DNA of 47,936 bases, counting the filler, from Jimgerdemannia flammicorona (taxonomy: Eukaryota): assembly GCA_003990765.1 (NCBI GenBank). It is 2 parts of 2 records of this genome, joined end to end, with 100 filler letters (N's around TTAATTAATTAA, not from the genome) between each part and the next. Parts side by side here need not be neighbours in the genome. Positions count along the whole stretch, not along the records: positions 1 to 23,937 come from RBNJ01001044.1; 1 more part is not named here. One strand, 5' to 3'. Of the stretch, positions 11,568 through 24,037 are shown in pieces. Below the pieces are notes generated by a model. It worked only from the letters and a program-made list of their open reading frames with translations. It did not search any database and had not been told where the DNA came from. The position numbers were made by a program, and so were the translations under genes. The first letter of the stretch is position 1; each line of letters opens with the position of its first letter.

Positions 11568-14500
11568 TTAAATGCGTTTTGCTTCTCTTGAGTAGTAGAG
11601 TCTTATGCGGTTGCGATGTATCTTGGTCTTGAGTATAACTCTATCCAAGGTCTTGAGTTGATAAGTGTGGTTTGAGAATACTTGGTGTATGAGATAGGGA
11701 CCTTCCCATTTTGGTTCAAGCTTGGCACTCCAATTTCCTTCTATGATAGTATAGTATACCAGAACCTTTTGTCCAATGAGCAGGGGTTTGAGGTCAGCTT
11801 TGCAGTCATAGTATCTCTTTTGTCGTTCTTGTGCCTTGGCGATAAATCCTCGTGCTTGCTGGCGTATGTCATATAACCGGGTGATCTCTTCTGTGACTCG
11901 TTTTGACAGATCTAGCTGGACTGGTTCAGTAGGATCTTGTGCTTCTCAGCCATACACCAAATAGAAGGGGGTCTGTTGGGTAGCAGTTGCCTTAGAGGTA
12001 CAGATACTGAACAGAATTGCCGGTAGATAGATATCCCAGTTTAGTTGATCTCTGGTTCTACTGAGACCTCGCTTGATGGTCTGGTTCATTCATTCAGTAA
12101 GTCCATTTGCCTGTAGGTGATAGGCTGTTGTTGGTCGTAGCTTGATCTTGAAGTTGCTTGCAAAGGTCTTTATGGCTTGGTTGACGAATTCTTGGCCTTG
12201 GTCAGTAATGATTTCCTTGGGCACACCATGGCGGCTGAAAATTTCATCATACAGGATCCCAATAATTGTCTGAGCATCAGCAGTCTCGATGGCAAAGGCT
12301 TCGGGCCATTTTGTCAGGTGGTCTTCAATAGTGAGGATGTAGCATCTTCCTCGGCTGGTTATTGGTAGGGGTCCAATAATGTCTATTCCCAGTCTTTGAA
12401 AGGCTCCAGCTGGTGCTACGATTGGTATTAATGGTGCTCTGTTGGTAGGCTTTTGTTGGTATCTTTGGCAGATATCACATTGTTGAATGTGCATTGAAAT
12501 TTGTTTTCTCATCTTGGGCCACCAGTATCACTTCTTGATTCCTGCAATTGTGGCACCAATTCCTCAGTGTGTATTTTGGTCATGATTTGTTGTCAGGATC
12601 TTCAATATTTCTTCTTCTCTTAGAACTCGGGTGTACTGCTCTCCTTCAACTCTCCAAAGTTTGCCATCGCCTTCTTGAGATTTCTTGAAATTCCTTTAGA
12701 TAAACAACTTGTGGGCTGGTTGGATTCCTTTCTTGAAGCTTCTATGGTGCAGACTCCAGGTGAGGGCGAGGCACAATTCTTGGTTCATTTGGGTGAGTGG
12801 GAAGTAGCCTTCTCTTGTGGGGGCTCCTTCCCTTCTTGTTGGTTTCGCGGGATTCTTGACAGGGTATTGACATTGGAATTCTTAGCACCTTTTTTGTAGA
12901 CAATAGTGAACTGATATTCTTGCAGAGACATGATCCATCTAGCAAAGATTCCTGAGGGCTCCAGCTTGTTAAACAACCATTGTAGAGCTTGATGGTCAGT
13001 GATGAGGGCGAATCTCTTTCCCAAGAGATAGTGTCGGAAGTGGTCCACAGCCCAAACTACTGCTAGGCATTCCAACTTAGTGGCTCCATAGTTCGCTTGT
13101 GTTTCATTCGTGACCTTGCTAGCATATTCGATAACATGCTCCCTCTTCTGGTCATCTTGCTGAGACAGAATTGATCCAAGTCCTAAGGCTGAGGCATCAG
13201 TTGCCAGGATGAATGGTTTGCCAAAGTCTGATTGCACCAGGACAGAGGCTTCAGTAAGGGCCTTCTTGAGTAGGTCAAATGACTTTTGTTGTTCCTTTTT
13301 TCAGTAGAATGGTTGGTCCTTCTTGGAGATATCTCAGAGAGTTGCTGCCTTATCTGAAAACCTTGGGATGAATCGTCGATAGTAGGATGCCAGCATAAGG
13401 AAGGATAGGGTCTCCTTTGCTGAGGTCAGGGTTGGGTAGTTCTTGACTTTCTCCACCTTGCGGGGGTCGGCATATGTTCCTTGAGCTGAGACAACATATC
13501 CCAGATATTCGACTTGATGTTTTCCAAAGAAGCACTTCTTGGCATTGAGTCTGAGTCCTGAATTTCGAATGGTATTGAATACTTCACGAAGGTCTTACAA
13601 ATGCTGCTTGAATGTCTCAGAGTAGATGATGACATCATCTATGTACACTAGTACATTACTTCCAATGAGGTCCCGGTAGACATAGTTCATCATTCGTTGG
13701 AATGAGGCAGGTGCATTGCAGAGTCCAAAGGGCATTTGTAGGTATTCATACTGTCCTCGTCTGGTGATGAAGGCCGTCTTGCAGATATCTTCTTTGGTAA
13801 TGGGTATTACTTGAAATCCTTGGAACTGGTCAGTAGTGGTCATGTATTTGGCTTTTCCGAGGGCATTGATGAGGTCATCAATTCTTGGCAGTGGGTAGGC
13901 ATCTTCTGTGGTGACTTTGTTGAGTTTTCTGAAATCCATAACTAATCTCCATCCTCCTTTCTTTGGTACTATGATTGCTGGTGAGGCCCAGGGGCTTGAT
14001 GATGGTCTGATGACTCCATTTCGTAGCATTTCGTCTATGTGTTGTTGTTCGAATTCAATCAGATGATGTGGTGTTCGGTAGGGTCATTGTCGGATTGGTC
14101 TTGCATCTCTAGTATATATAGGGTGTTCTCCATATTGATATAGTGGGAAGTTATCGTATGTGGTGGTAAATATATCTTTGTACTCCTCTATCAACTCCTG
14201 CATTTGTTGTTGCTGGTCTTTGGTTAGAGTTGTCTCGATGTCGACAGCTTTGATTGCTGAATTTGCTGAGTCTTCCTCTCTGGTACCATCAGTCTCACCG
14301 GAGAGGGCTTGCCATTTCCCAAAAATTCGAAGACTTCTTCCTTGTAGGTATCTATCAGTGGTTCAAAATATCCCAGTGTTATTCCCTTGGGGATAGTTAT
14401 CACTTCGAAGCCTGAGTTTCTGATAGGGATGTGGATTGGTGACATCTGGTCATGAATTCGTTCTTTGGCCAGGAGGATGTGGTATTCCTTTTGAAGCTCC

Positions 14501-17500
14501 AGTGATAGTGCAAATATCAAGTTGTTTGCTTCTACTGGTAGGTGCACATCTAGGCCTTTTTGCTGGTAGGGCTGCAGGAGGATGTCTTCTCTTGCTTGGA
14601 TTGGGCAGCAGATATGGGGTCTCATTTGTCGGAATTGAGCAACTGTTGCCAAATGAACCTCGATAGGTGGTGTCCATAGATTTCTATTGGTGCTTCCAAA
14701 GCCTCCTTGTCCTCTGTTGGTATCTTCTAGTTGGTCTACCTCTTGGATGGTCGGCTGTGATGTCTTGATAAACAGAATTTGGCAGATGGCTTCCATAGGA
14801 CTGAAGAATCGGCTGGTTCTACTAGAATTGTGGATGATGATCTTCAAGGGACCTCGGTAGTCCTGATCGATGACTCCTCCTTCTACTGTGACTCCTTTGG
14901 TTGCCAATGAGGATCTTGAGGCCAACTGTCCATAATGCCCAGGTGGTATAGCGAGTGCGATCTGTAGGTCAAAAGTCCTGGTACTTCTGGGCCAGATTCT
15001 TGCTTGGTAGGGGAGGCAGAGGTCATAACCAACTGATCCTTCTGTTTGTGCAATAGGTGGCTGTGCCCAGGGTGAAAGCAGCTTGATCTGGATAATTGGT
15101 TGAGCTTTGAGAAATGGCACTTCAGCTGTTGCCATGGTAGGTGAGAAGTCCATGTGCTCTGGTCTGAAGAAAGGCCAGTGAGCTCCTGTCTTTGAGTTTC
15201 TTGTGTAATTGAATCCAGTCTTTCCTAGAGGGTCCAGAGCTTCCATAAGGATGAAGGCAAGGTTGACACCTTCCTTTCCTTGATGAGGGCGGCAGTACCA
15301 GCGAATGATGGCAAGAACTTCCAATGGTAGGTCCCAGATAGAGGTCTTGCTCTTGAACTTGCAATCTCCTTCATGGTTGATTTCCTTGTACTTCCGACAG
15401 GCCCAGCAAATTTGAGGTTCTTGCAGGGTGGGGTCCTTTCTCTTGACTCGGCTCTTGTAGACATCTTCGCTGAGGTGAACATCTCGATGTTCACACCAGT
15501 AGCAGGTAAAGGTTTTTCCACAATCACAATGTCCCTTCTTGACAAAGTCTTCATTTCGCTGTTTGACCTCCCTACTGGTAGGGAATCTCTTCCGATACTT
15601 GTCATAGGTGGGCTGTGTGATCTGGAGGGCCCGGGTGATAGTGCAAGAGCTATTGCTTTCTCCTTCGATGGTAAGGGACTCAAATGTTTGGCAGGCAAGA
15701 ATCTTCTGTCCTTCCTTATAGGTCTTCTTGAAGGTCTTCAGGGTTGGAGGTTGTATTCGGCTATGGGATGGTGCTTGCTTCAATTCATCCTTGTTATCAA
15801 TTTCTGGCATTGGAACCTTCTTGAGATCCAGGATTTGGCAATTGCTGCAATCATCTCTTGGTGAGTGGAAGCTGATGAAATGTTCACATATGCCTCGACA
15901 AAAGGCTCACATGATCTGATTTTCTACTAGTAGTGGTGGTGGTTGAGCAGAAGGTCCTGTAAACTTGAGTGCTGCCCTTGCATTAATGGCTCTATCAATG
16001 CTTTCTTCCAGGCCTTCAACACCAATAACTCCAATGAAAGAGTCTTCTTGTTTGCCTTCTTGGTCCCTTGGGGCATCAAAATTACTTCCTAGTTATTGTA
16101 GGAAATTGGCCTCACTTTCATCCTCAGTAGTAGTGGGGGTGTCACCATGTCCTTGCCATTCTGTTTCTGAGGCTTGATTTGTCCTTTTAGATGATCCTTT
16201 CGAGTCAATGGGCACCTTGTGCTTCTGTCCATGAATGGAGAAGACCAGGAGTTGTTTCTTGATATCTACGTTGGCTCCAACTCAGCTTAACCAGTCAGTT
16301 CCCAGGATCAGGTCATAGGAGGTTATGGGGGTCACGACGGCTTTGGGTACATTGAGGTGGGCCTTTCCAACTTGAATGGGGATGTCTCTGACAAGTCCAA
16401 GGGGTGTGGAAGCTGATCCATCGGCCATAATAACTCTTGCTTTGGTTCCTTCATCTATTCCCCATCCAATTCGCTCCAATATCCTTTGGGTGATGATGCA
16501 TACTGCTGCTCCAGTATTGATGAGAATTCTGGCATTTTCACCATGCACTTTTCCATCGGCGAGTCTTGTAGATTGATGTTTATGTCACTGGCTCTCATGG
16601 ACTGTGTGGATAGTGCTAGGTTCTTGAGTGTGTGGTCCTTGGACTGGAAGTCTCTTGGTATCTTCCTTGGCTTCTTTCAGGAATTTTTGCCTGACCTCTG
16701 GTGCATTCTTGAGGACTTGCACAACTGTAAGACCAGCATTCTGTAGGCGGATATGTTCCCAAAGTGAGGCTGCTGCATGGGGCTTGCTGCTTCTTTGGTG
16801 TCTTGGTCCCTTGGGGTGTAGTCTCTCATTTCTGATGGACATTTCGTCAGCTGAAGATTCTATACTCATATGCTCATCTTCTTTAAGGTCTGGCAGGGTA
16901 GAGCTGGGGGTTGTCCTAGATGGTCCAGCTTCTGGTTCAGGAGTATCTCTTCTAACTCACTTCTCCTGTTCTTGTGGAGTGTCTGAAGAAGAATGGCCAT
17001 GTTGCAGATGCTTGCCGGTGGATACTGTTACTGACAGTTGAGGTGGGGGGTTCCTTCGTGATCTTCCTCGTCCTCTAGTCTCCACAGGGGCAGCTTCCCA
17101 TGTTACCTTGGATGGGAAGGCCTCGAAGTATGGGTAGATGTCATCTTCTTGACCATGGAGCCAGGCTGCTTCTTCTTCCATCTCCTGAGTTTCTTCATCC
17201 ACCTGAAAGAGGTTGATATTTCTGTCATTGGACTGGGTGGATTGGTTCCTTGGACAATTCCTCTGGATGTGGCCTTGATTTCCACAGCTGAAGTAGGTGG
17301 GACCATAGGAACCAGTCGCTGATGAGGCTGTAGTTGCAGCTGGTAGTGCTGGAGCAGGACCTCTGTTGGCTTGTTGCCAGTAGTCTGGTCTGTTATCATG
17401 ATGGTAGTCTTGTTGTCTTCTACCTTGGTTGTTCAGCTGAGCAACCACGATGGCCAGGTCCTTCATTTGCTTGGTGAGCATTGTCATGGGGTCTTCTTGA

Positions 17501-18888
17501 ACTCTTGATGGTGGCTGCTGCTGTGGTTGCCTGAATGGGGTTGGATTTGTGAGTGCTGGTCTGTTCTCATAGTTGGCTATCTGGGCTCTGAGGAAGGCAT
17601 TCTCTTGCTCCATGGTTGTTCCTTGGGTCCTTGAGGTTTTGGCTCAGATTGGCTCAGGATAGCCTTGTACTTGTTGTACTGGTCTATAATCTGCTTCCCA
17701 ACATCCTTGTGCTCCAGCAACTTGCTGTTCAATATTTCGATATCCCATCCTGATAACTTGCCTTCGGAGTTCTGGGTATAAGCCATTGAGGAAGGTAGTT
17801 GAGGCTAGGGCCAGTTGGACTGCTGGTTGAAGGTTCGCCTTGATCATTTGAGCTTGAATCCGATGGTAGAAACTCTTGGGAGTTTCATTGCCAGCTTGGC
17901 TCATATAGGTCAAAGCCTCCTGTACTTCTTGTTGGTGCTCGAATCCATTGAACTGGGCATGGAGCCAGGCTTTGTGAATCATGTACCTTGCTACATGGTT
18001 CCTATCAGGTTGAAGGCCATCATTCAGTTCCTCAATATGGATTCCTCCTCCGGCTTGCTTGGCTTAATTGTACCTCTGTAGGGCTGGTCCTCTCAGGAGT
18101 GACTCTACAATTCTGAGTTTTCTTGCAGCATCCCATTGTTTGGCGGCTGCTTGAACTTCAATTTCTCCAAAGAATTCCTCAATATCTTCATTGTTTGCAC
18201 CATGGAACTTCTGAAGGTAGTTCATGTCTGGCTCATCTTCACTATCTGAGTATTGTTCAGGGGTAGGGGATCTGGTGGATCTTCGGGGTGATGGGAAAGG
18301 TGGTGGTGGTTGTACTTGATGAACTAGTGGTACTGGCAGAGGGTGGTGTCTTGGTGAGGGTGAGGATAATCTGGCTCTTCTAATTAATGCTGGGGTTGAA
18401 GTCCTGGGTAGTGGTGGAGATCTTCTGATTGACTGGTGATAGTGGCGAGGTGTAAGTGACCAGAGTACTGAAGTTCGGGCAACTGATGGTGGGAGTGGAC
18501 TGATATAACTGATAGTGAGTTCATCTGCCCCTTGCTGTTGTAAAGTAGTGAGGTCTGATTCGCCTTGTTGTGGGTCAGTGTCACTGTCTGGATAATAGTA
18601 TAGATTGAATTTGTCCCTTTGATGGTCTGATCCCCAATTGTCGTCTTGCTCTGGTTGATATGGATGATAGTCCTCTTCTCCTTCTGATGTTTCAAAGTAT
18701 ACCCGGTCTAGTGGAGTGACTCGAGTGACAACAGTAGTTATGTAGTCACTTCTGTCTGAGTTCTTCCTATGGATAAGGGTCTGATACTCCTCGGGGATAT
18801 CCTCTTCTTCTTCTTCTTGGTCTAAGTCTTGGATCTGAAGGGGCAGTTCTGGTTGCCCTCTGAGTTGTCTCCTTTCTCTTGAAGTCAA
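11568..18888 (-). pseudogene. Family B gag-pol polyprotein (probably one ancestral ORF)
   Basis: Capsid 'QKFHGANNEDIEEFF...LRGPA'; knuckle 'YFSCGNQGHIQRNC'; PR 'LINTGAAVCII...LILGTDWL'; RT 'DFRKLN..DAYPLPRID', 'YIDDVII'; RH 'LATDAS', 'TDHQAL'; IN 'CDICQ', 'GIDIIGP', 'ITDQG', 'EGPY'. Gag to dUTPase share one frame; two later frameshifts. Confidence 0.95.
14680..15095 (-). pseudogene. dUTPase domain in family B pol
   Basis: 'SVGYDL', 'GQLASRSSL', 'GGVIDQDYRG', 'ICQILF', 'RGQGGFGST': all five dUTPase motifs. Confidence 0.95.
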
Positions 18889-19100
18889 ACTGTAATCTGG
18901 GTCACTTCTTTCTTCTGATTCGGTTTTCTGACTACTAGTGTTGAGTAGGGTCCTGGCTACTGTTCTGACAAGGGTGTGGGCTTTCTTTTCTGCTGAGGAG
19001 GGCTGTTGCTGCCCCTGGTTTGGTTGCTGACTTGGTCCTGCTAAGTTCTCTACTGTAGATCACTGGGTTCTTGAGCCAAATGGTCAAGTCTTTTGAAAAC

Positions 19101-19119
19101 TTTCCCAGTTGAGCCCCCA
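19101..19119 (-). promoter_or_regulatory. Primer-binding site, tRNA-Pro-like
   Basis: Minus strand TGGGGGCTCAACTGGGAA just after the 5' LTR resembles the canonical tRNA-Pro PBS TGGGGGCTCGTCCGGGAT. Confidence 0.8.
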
Positions 19120-19122
19120 AAA

Positions 19123-21338
19123 TATGGCATTGGTTATGTATGATGAACTTCGACTGCACGGCTCAATGTGTGCCACTTGGTGAAGTGTGCGATATATAAC
19201 TGAATGCATTTCGCGACGGTTACGGGTCGATGATTGCGTGATGGGTCATTCGATTTGTGTGGTAATTGATAATGGGGAGGTCGTTCGGTTGTTCAATGGC
19301 TCAGGATGTCGATGGCTCAATTGTTTAGTGGAAAAAAGGTGTTGTTGCTAACAGAGGGCAGTTATTATGCTGGCTAAGTTTCCTGGCAGCGATTAACTTG
19401 TCGGCAAACTCAGCAACGACAGGCTTGCTCTTTATGCGGTCAATTAAAGCAGTCCGTGGCGCAGTAGCTCGGAAAAAATGGAGGTTGACAGCTTGCTCGT
19501 CTGTCTTAACTTGTTAGATTCCTGGTGGTCATTCGGGTCTTTGGCAGTGGGTCAGCCTTTGGCAGTCTAGTATTCTTTGGCTGGGTATCCTTGAGTTTCT
19601 GGGTCTTGAATCTCAGCGGTCTCGAATGCATGGTCTGAATGATGGTCTGGTCTTGAATCCTTGGCTGGGTCTCGGGTCTTGAATGGCAGTCTGAATGGCA
19701 GTCCGAATGGTGGTCTGGTCTTGAATCCTTGGGTTTCCGGGTCTCGAATGGTGGTCGAATGGTGGCAGTCGGGTAACATTTTCTTTCTGTGGCAAGAGAA
19801 AATTCTTTAACTCAAACCTCGAGTGATCATTGCTCTAGTTATCTTGTTCTCAGAATTTATCCAGTCTCTTGGAGGCAGTGTGTTTTCTCTGTAAAACTAT
19901 CTGGCTGAGGCTTTATTCACTCTAAGAATATGGGTTATTTATACAAGTTTGCTAGCTATGGGAGAGGGGGCGCAACTAAGGCTAAAGTATACTATGTTGT
20001 GGTGAACTTATGCTATTGGTTTGCACAATGCGAGGTGCAGGCTATTGTTTACTACAGATTGGGTTGTAGGGGATAGCAATGCTGGATTCGGACTTGCTGA
20101 CATAAAGGCTGCACAATTCTCATGGCTGACAGGTGGTGGTTCTAGAGGAAATAGTACCCTTTGTCCGCAGCAGGCAAATCTTGCTGGGTTAAGATTTCTT
20201 CTTCATCATACCTCTCCTCAAAAGAGGGAAGTGCCGGCCAAGAAGTGAGGGGGTAGAAAAGTGACCAGTTATCTTCAACAATATTCTCCAACCCTTGAAC
20301 AGCTTGAATGCAGACAGAGGACTGGTAGACTCTCTGTTGCTCCTCTTCTTCTTCTGAAGGCTCGTCAGTTTCAGTGTCAGAGAGGGTTTCTTCAGGGGCA
20401 GGGTCTTGGAGTTCTTGGGCTTCCTCCTTAAAGACAGGGACCTCTTGGGCTTCTTCTTGATTCGGTTCCCAAATGATGAGATGTGAATTGTGGCTGACAG
20501 GGTGGTGGGTGGTAGGGGTAGCTCCAATGGGTGCTTCTATAGTAATGGGTGGTCCTTCAAACATCTCCATAAGGCTCATTAGGTGACCTTGATGGTTGTC
20601 TCGGAGTGGGGTGGTGTGGAAACCTGGTTGAGTAGGTTCGGTTTGTTGACTTCCTACAGTGACGCAGTTGCTGCCAATAGAGTTGGCTACTTCAGATTCT
20701 ATCCAGTCAGCATCTTCAGTTGAAAGGCAGGAAAGGCTGCCAGTCGTTACTCCTTGCAAGTGTGCTATAGCTCAGGGAATATGGTGGAAAATTTGGTGGA
20801 CATGGAGGGCTCTCTTAATTAGCTGGCTAGTGGTTATCAATTCAGTAATGAGGCCTTCCCAGTCGTCTTCTTGAGTCTCATTGCAAAGACGGTGTCCGAT
20901 TTCATAGTTATGCCAGAGGGTCATTTATTTGGTAGTACATATCTTTGAGCTGTTGGGTCATTATATACCAGTAGTTGATGAAGTATCCAAGGTCCTCGGT
21001 GTAGAAGTTCAAGTGTTCGGAAGTATCTGGGTGCCAAATGGCCTTCTTGATAGCTTCAAAGATCAGGGTCTTTGGGCCAGGCAGAGGGGTAGAGCGGCGG
21101 GAGGTCTGGTTGGTTCAGCGAGTGGGAGGCATTGTGTGGTGGGTACTTGGTTCTTTGGTGCCGATCCCTGAGGCAGGGTATGGTTCCTTAAATAATGTGG
21201 TCTTCATTTTGGCTTGGATCATCTTGTCTTCTTTGAGATGATCACCTAATGGGTCAGGCTGTCTATTTGATTGTCACGCCATTATGTCATCTGACCTTAG
21301 CAGTCACCGGTACTCCATTGTCAATTGTGTACATCACA
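19123..21338 (-). repeat. Family B 5' LTR (2216 bp)
   Basis: Same sequence as the 3' LTR plus a 4-bp insertion near 20937; terminal CA mutated to TA; adjacent to the PBS. Confidence 0.96.
20142..21222 (-). pseudogene. Second copy of the family B LTR ORF (5' LTR)
   Basis: Same reading frame, disrupted at other places (4-bp insertion ~20937; TGG>TGA ~20772). Confidence 0.85.
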
Positions 21339-22825
21339 ATATATATATAGTTACTCTTTATGATATATCAGCAATACTGATCCAAAATTTGAGCTCTATT
21401 AAGGGTATAGTTAGTGAGATATTGTAAGAGGAAGTAGAAGTTTAGTAATATTAGTAGAATATAATCTAGATCAAAAAGTATTTAAAAGAAGAATAATATA
21501 ATTTATAAATGACAATTTGTAGTCTATATATATTTTTAATATAATTCAATATCATTTGAATGGGTTTATTTTATTTATATATTCAAATATATGATATTAT
21601 ATTTATCTTTCAAAAAAAACCCCCCTCTCCTAAAAAAAAGAGAGAGAGGGGGGGGTAGGATATATCTAAAAGTAATGAGAAAAATTACTTAAATACTGTG
21701 GGAGGTTAAAAATAGAATATTGTAGATGAAGATAAATACTAGAATAGAGAGTAATAATATTTAAATAATATATAAAACCTGTGATTATACTCATATACTC
21801 AGGCAATACTGTAAGCCAACCATATATTACATGTAGAGCATTACAACTCAACCATAAATGTAATACATGGTATTGAGATACTGGTGCCAAAAAAAAAAAA
21901 AATCAAATTATGATGCTGGTTCTATATCAAAATTTTGATTCTATTGCTCAGTTATTAGTGGCTAAATTTTAATAATTGCTTTAAATTCTTATTGCATCAT
22001 TCAGATAGATATATTTAGATCAGGATCATTGGGTTTGGTTTGGCCCTAATCCAAACTTATTAGAGGAAAAATAAGGAGAGATATATTGAGTTACAATTAT
22101 TTCTCTATTGAATTTTTGGAGCATACCGAGACCACTGCATGAGTGAAACTGATTCACATGCATCCGACTCTGTGAAGATGGAGGATGGTCATGGATTTGG
22201 TTAGTAATTCAATAGCTTATATAGCTATAATGTTGGTACTGATAAAATGTATATATATAAATAGTGGTGGGTAGTCCATGGTGTAGAGAGTTTTTAATTT
22301 TAAAAAAGGAGTCATTGCTTCAGCTACTCCTTAAATAATAACAATTCAAACAGTATTTCAATATTGAGAGAGTGCTTAATAAATGCATTATATAGACAAA
22401 AAATATTATAGAGTTCAAGATGTTCTCAAAAATTGGTAATATTTATCCATGATCAGTAGCATAGAATGGCATGATGTACTTCCATCAGTCCAGAGTATAT
22501 GGGTGTCTGATACTTCAGAAAACGAAAAGATAATTAATATGTAGATTGAAGAATTAAATGAATTGATATACTCTGATTCCTACTCTTTGCTTGATTAATA
22601 GGCATGTATTTTGATTGGCAGAGAGAACACACAAAACATTATGTAGTAAGAAGTCAGTGTGGGTACTAAAGAGGTGATTGAATTGAAGTAATACATAGTT
22701 GAAATGTGTGCAATGCAAATGTATAAAAGCCAACTAATTCAGCATCTCCCTACTGCCATCAACTCTCTCACACTACCACTACATCTTCCACAATCTTTTC
22801 AAAAAAAAATTGATCTACTCATCTC

Positions 22826-23188
22826 ATGCATATGCTTCGTACTCTCCTGCTCCTCACCTTCGTGTGCCTCGTACTTCTCAAGAGCGTGCAAACACTGTCC
22901 ACTGACCCTGCTGAGGCCCAGGAGATTACCGCTGAATCCAACGATTTTGAGGCTGCAGCAAGGCCAAAGGAAAGAACTCCAAGGGCTACCCCAAGGATTA
23001 CAACTACCCTAAGGGCTATCCCAAGGATGGCGATTACCCCAAAGATTACCCCAAGAAATATTCTCCAAAGGGTAGTAAAGAAAGGAAAAACCAATGAAGG
23101 TACAACTGAAGCGAGAATCCTCACCAGAAGACCAATTACTGGGAATTTGAGAGATATGCAAGATATATGTGATTCGAAGGTTATGTGA
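22826..23188 (+). CDS. Putative small secreted protein (118-120 aa) with basic xTP(R/K) repeats
   Basis: Signal-peptide-like 'MLRTLLLLTFVCLVLLKSVQT'; acidic segment; 12-bp repeats encoding TPR/IPR/TPK; TATAAAA at ~22722; CpGs retained; no intron needed. Confidence 0.65.
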   Translation: MHMLRTLLLLTFVCLVLLKSVQTLSTDPAEAQEITAESNDFEAAARPKERTPRATPRITTTLRAIPRMAITPKITPRNILQRVVKKGKTNEGTTEARILTRRPITGNLRDMQDICDSKVM

Positions 23189-23851
23189 AAAATCCGAGAT
23201 TTGAAAATGTAATTTTGTTGGCTCATAAATAAAGTAAAAGTAATCCTCCAAAGCTTCTCAGGTAGCAATTTTTTATATTGGAACGTATAATTTTGGTCAG
23301 CCTCGAAATTCTCATGCGGATCTGTAATTGACCACATCACAATGACGATTATTGTTATGGAAAAATAAATCACCTGTTAAAACTAATTATATATATATAT
23401 ATTTACCAATCATAAGGATTAACTCTTGATCCAGTAACAGCATTATGAGAAACATTATTTGCTGGTGCCTTCATCACAGCAGAGGCAGCAGAGTTTAATT
23501 GCCTGTTGCTTCTTATCCTCATCTAGAACCACGATGCTGTTCGAGCTGGTTAACGTCAATATTCGTCACACAACAGCGCCACCGCCATCCACTCCATTAT
23601 CAATTCCTTGCGCCTTTACTGACGATCTAGCACTGACTGGATGTACGGTACAATGATAATAATTATTCAAATTTGTGATCTGCGAAGGGTGCATAGTTGG
23701 TGAGAAATAGCCGTTGCGGAGTTTGGAAATATTAGTGAAGTTTAACCAAGGTCAAGGTTGTTGTATGGAAGGAATGGGGATTGTAATGAGGTTAATGAAT
23801 TATAATTTGTAGAGCCAGGTGTGGTTATGTTATTGATACGCTTAGTATGTG

Positions 23852-23908
<57 letters not shown>

Positions 23909-23937
23909 TTTTTTTTTTTTTTTTTTTTTTTTTTTTT

Positions 23938-24037
23938 NNNNNNNNNNNNNNNNNNNNNNNNNNNNNNNNNNNNNNNNNNNNTTAATTAATTAANNNNNNN
24001 NNNNNNNNNNNNNNNNNNNNNNNNNNNNNNNNNNNNN
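23938..24037. other. Artificial contig-joining spacer
   Basis: 44 N + TTAATTAATTAA (stops in all six frames) + 44 N = 100 bp; preceded by a long poly-T. Confidence 0.95.

Larger units (their letters stand above)
9031..21338 (-). mobile_element. Full-length Ty3/Gypsy LTR retrotransposon, family B (~12.3 kb)
   Basis: LTRs 9031-11242 and 19123-21338; ATAT on both flanks; minus-strand PPT AAGGGGCAGA at 11243-11252; tRNA-Pro-like PBS; all pol domains present. Confidence 0.97.

Noticed and set aside
21610..21660. C/G-rich hairpin as Helitron 3' end
   Set aside because: Low complexity, no properly spaced CTRR and no other Helitron evidence.
23420..23860. CpG-retaining stretch with a 65-aa ORF
   Set aside because: No convincing gene structure or homology; next to the contig end.
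23938..24037. TTAATTAATTAA palindrome within Ns
   Set aside because: Artificial six-frame-stop linker; linkage between the two halves cannot be assumed.
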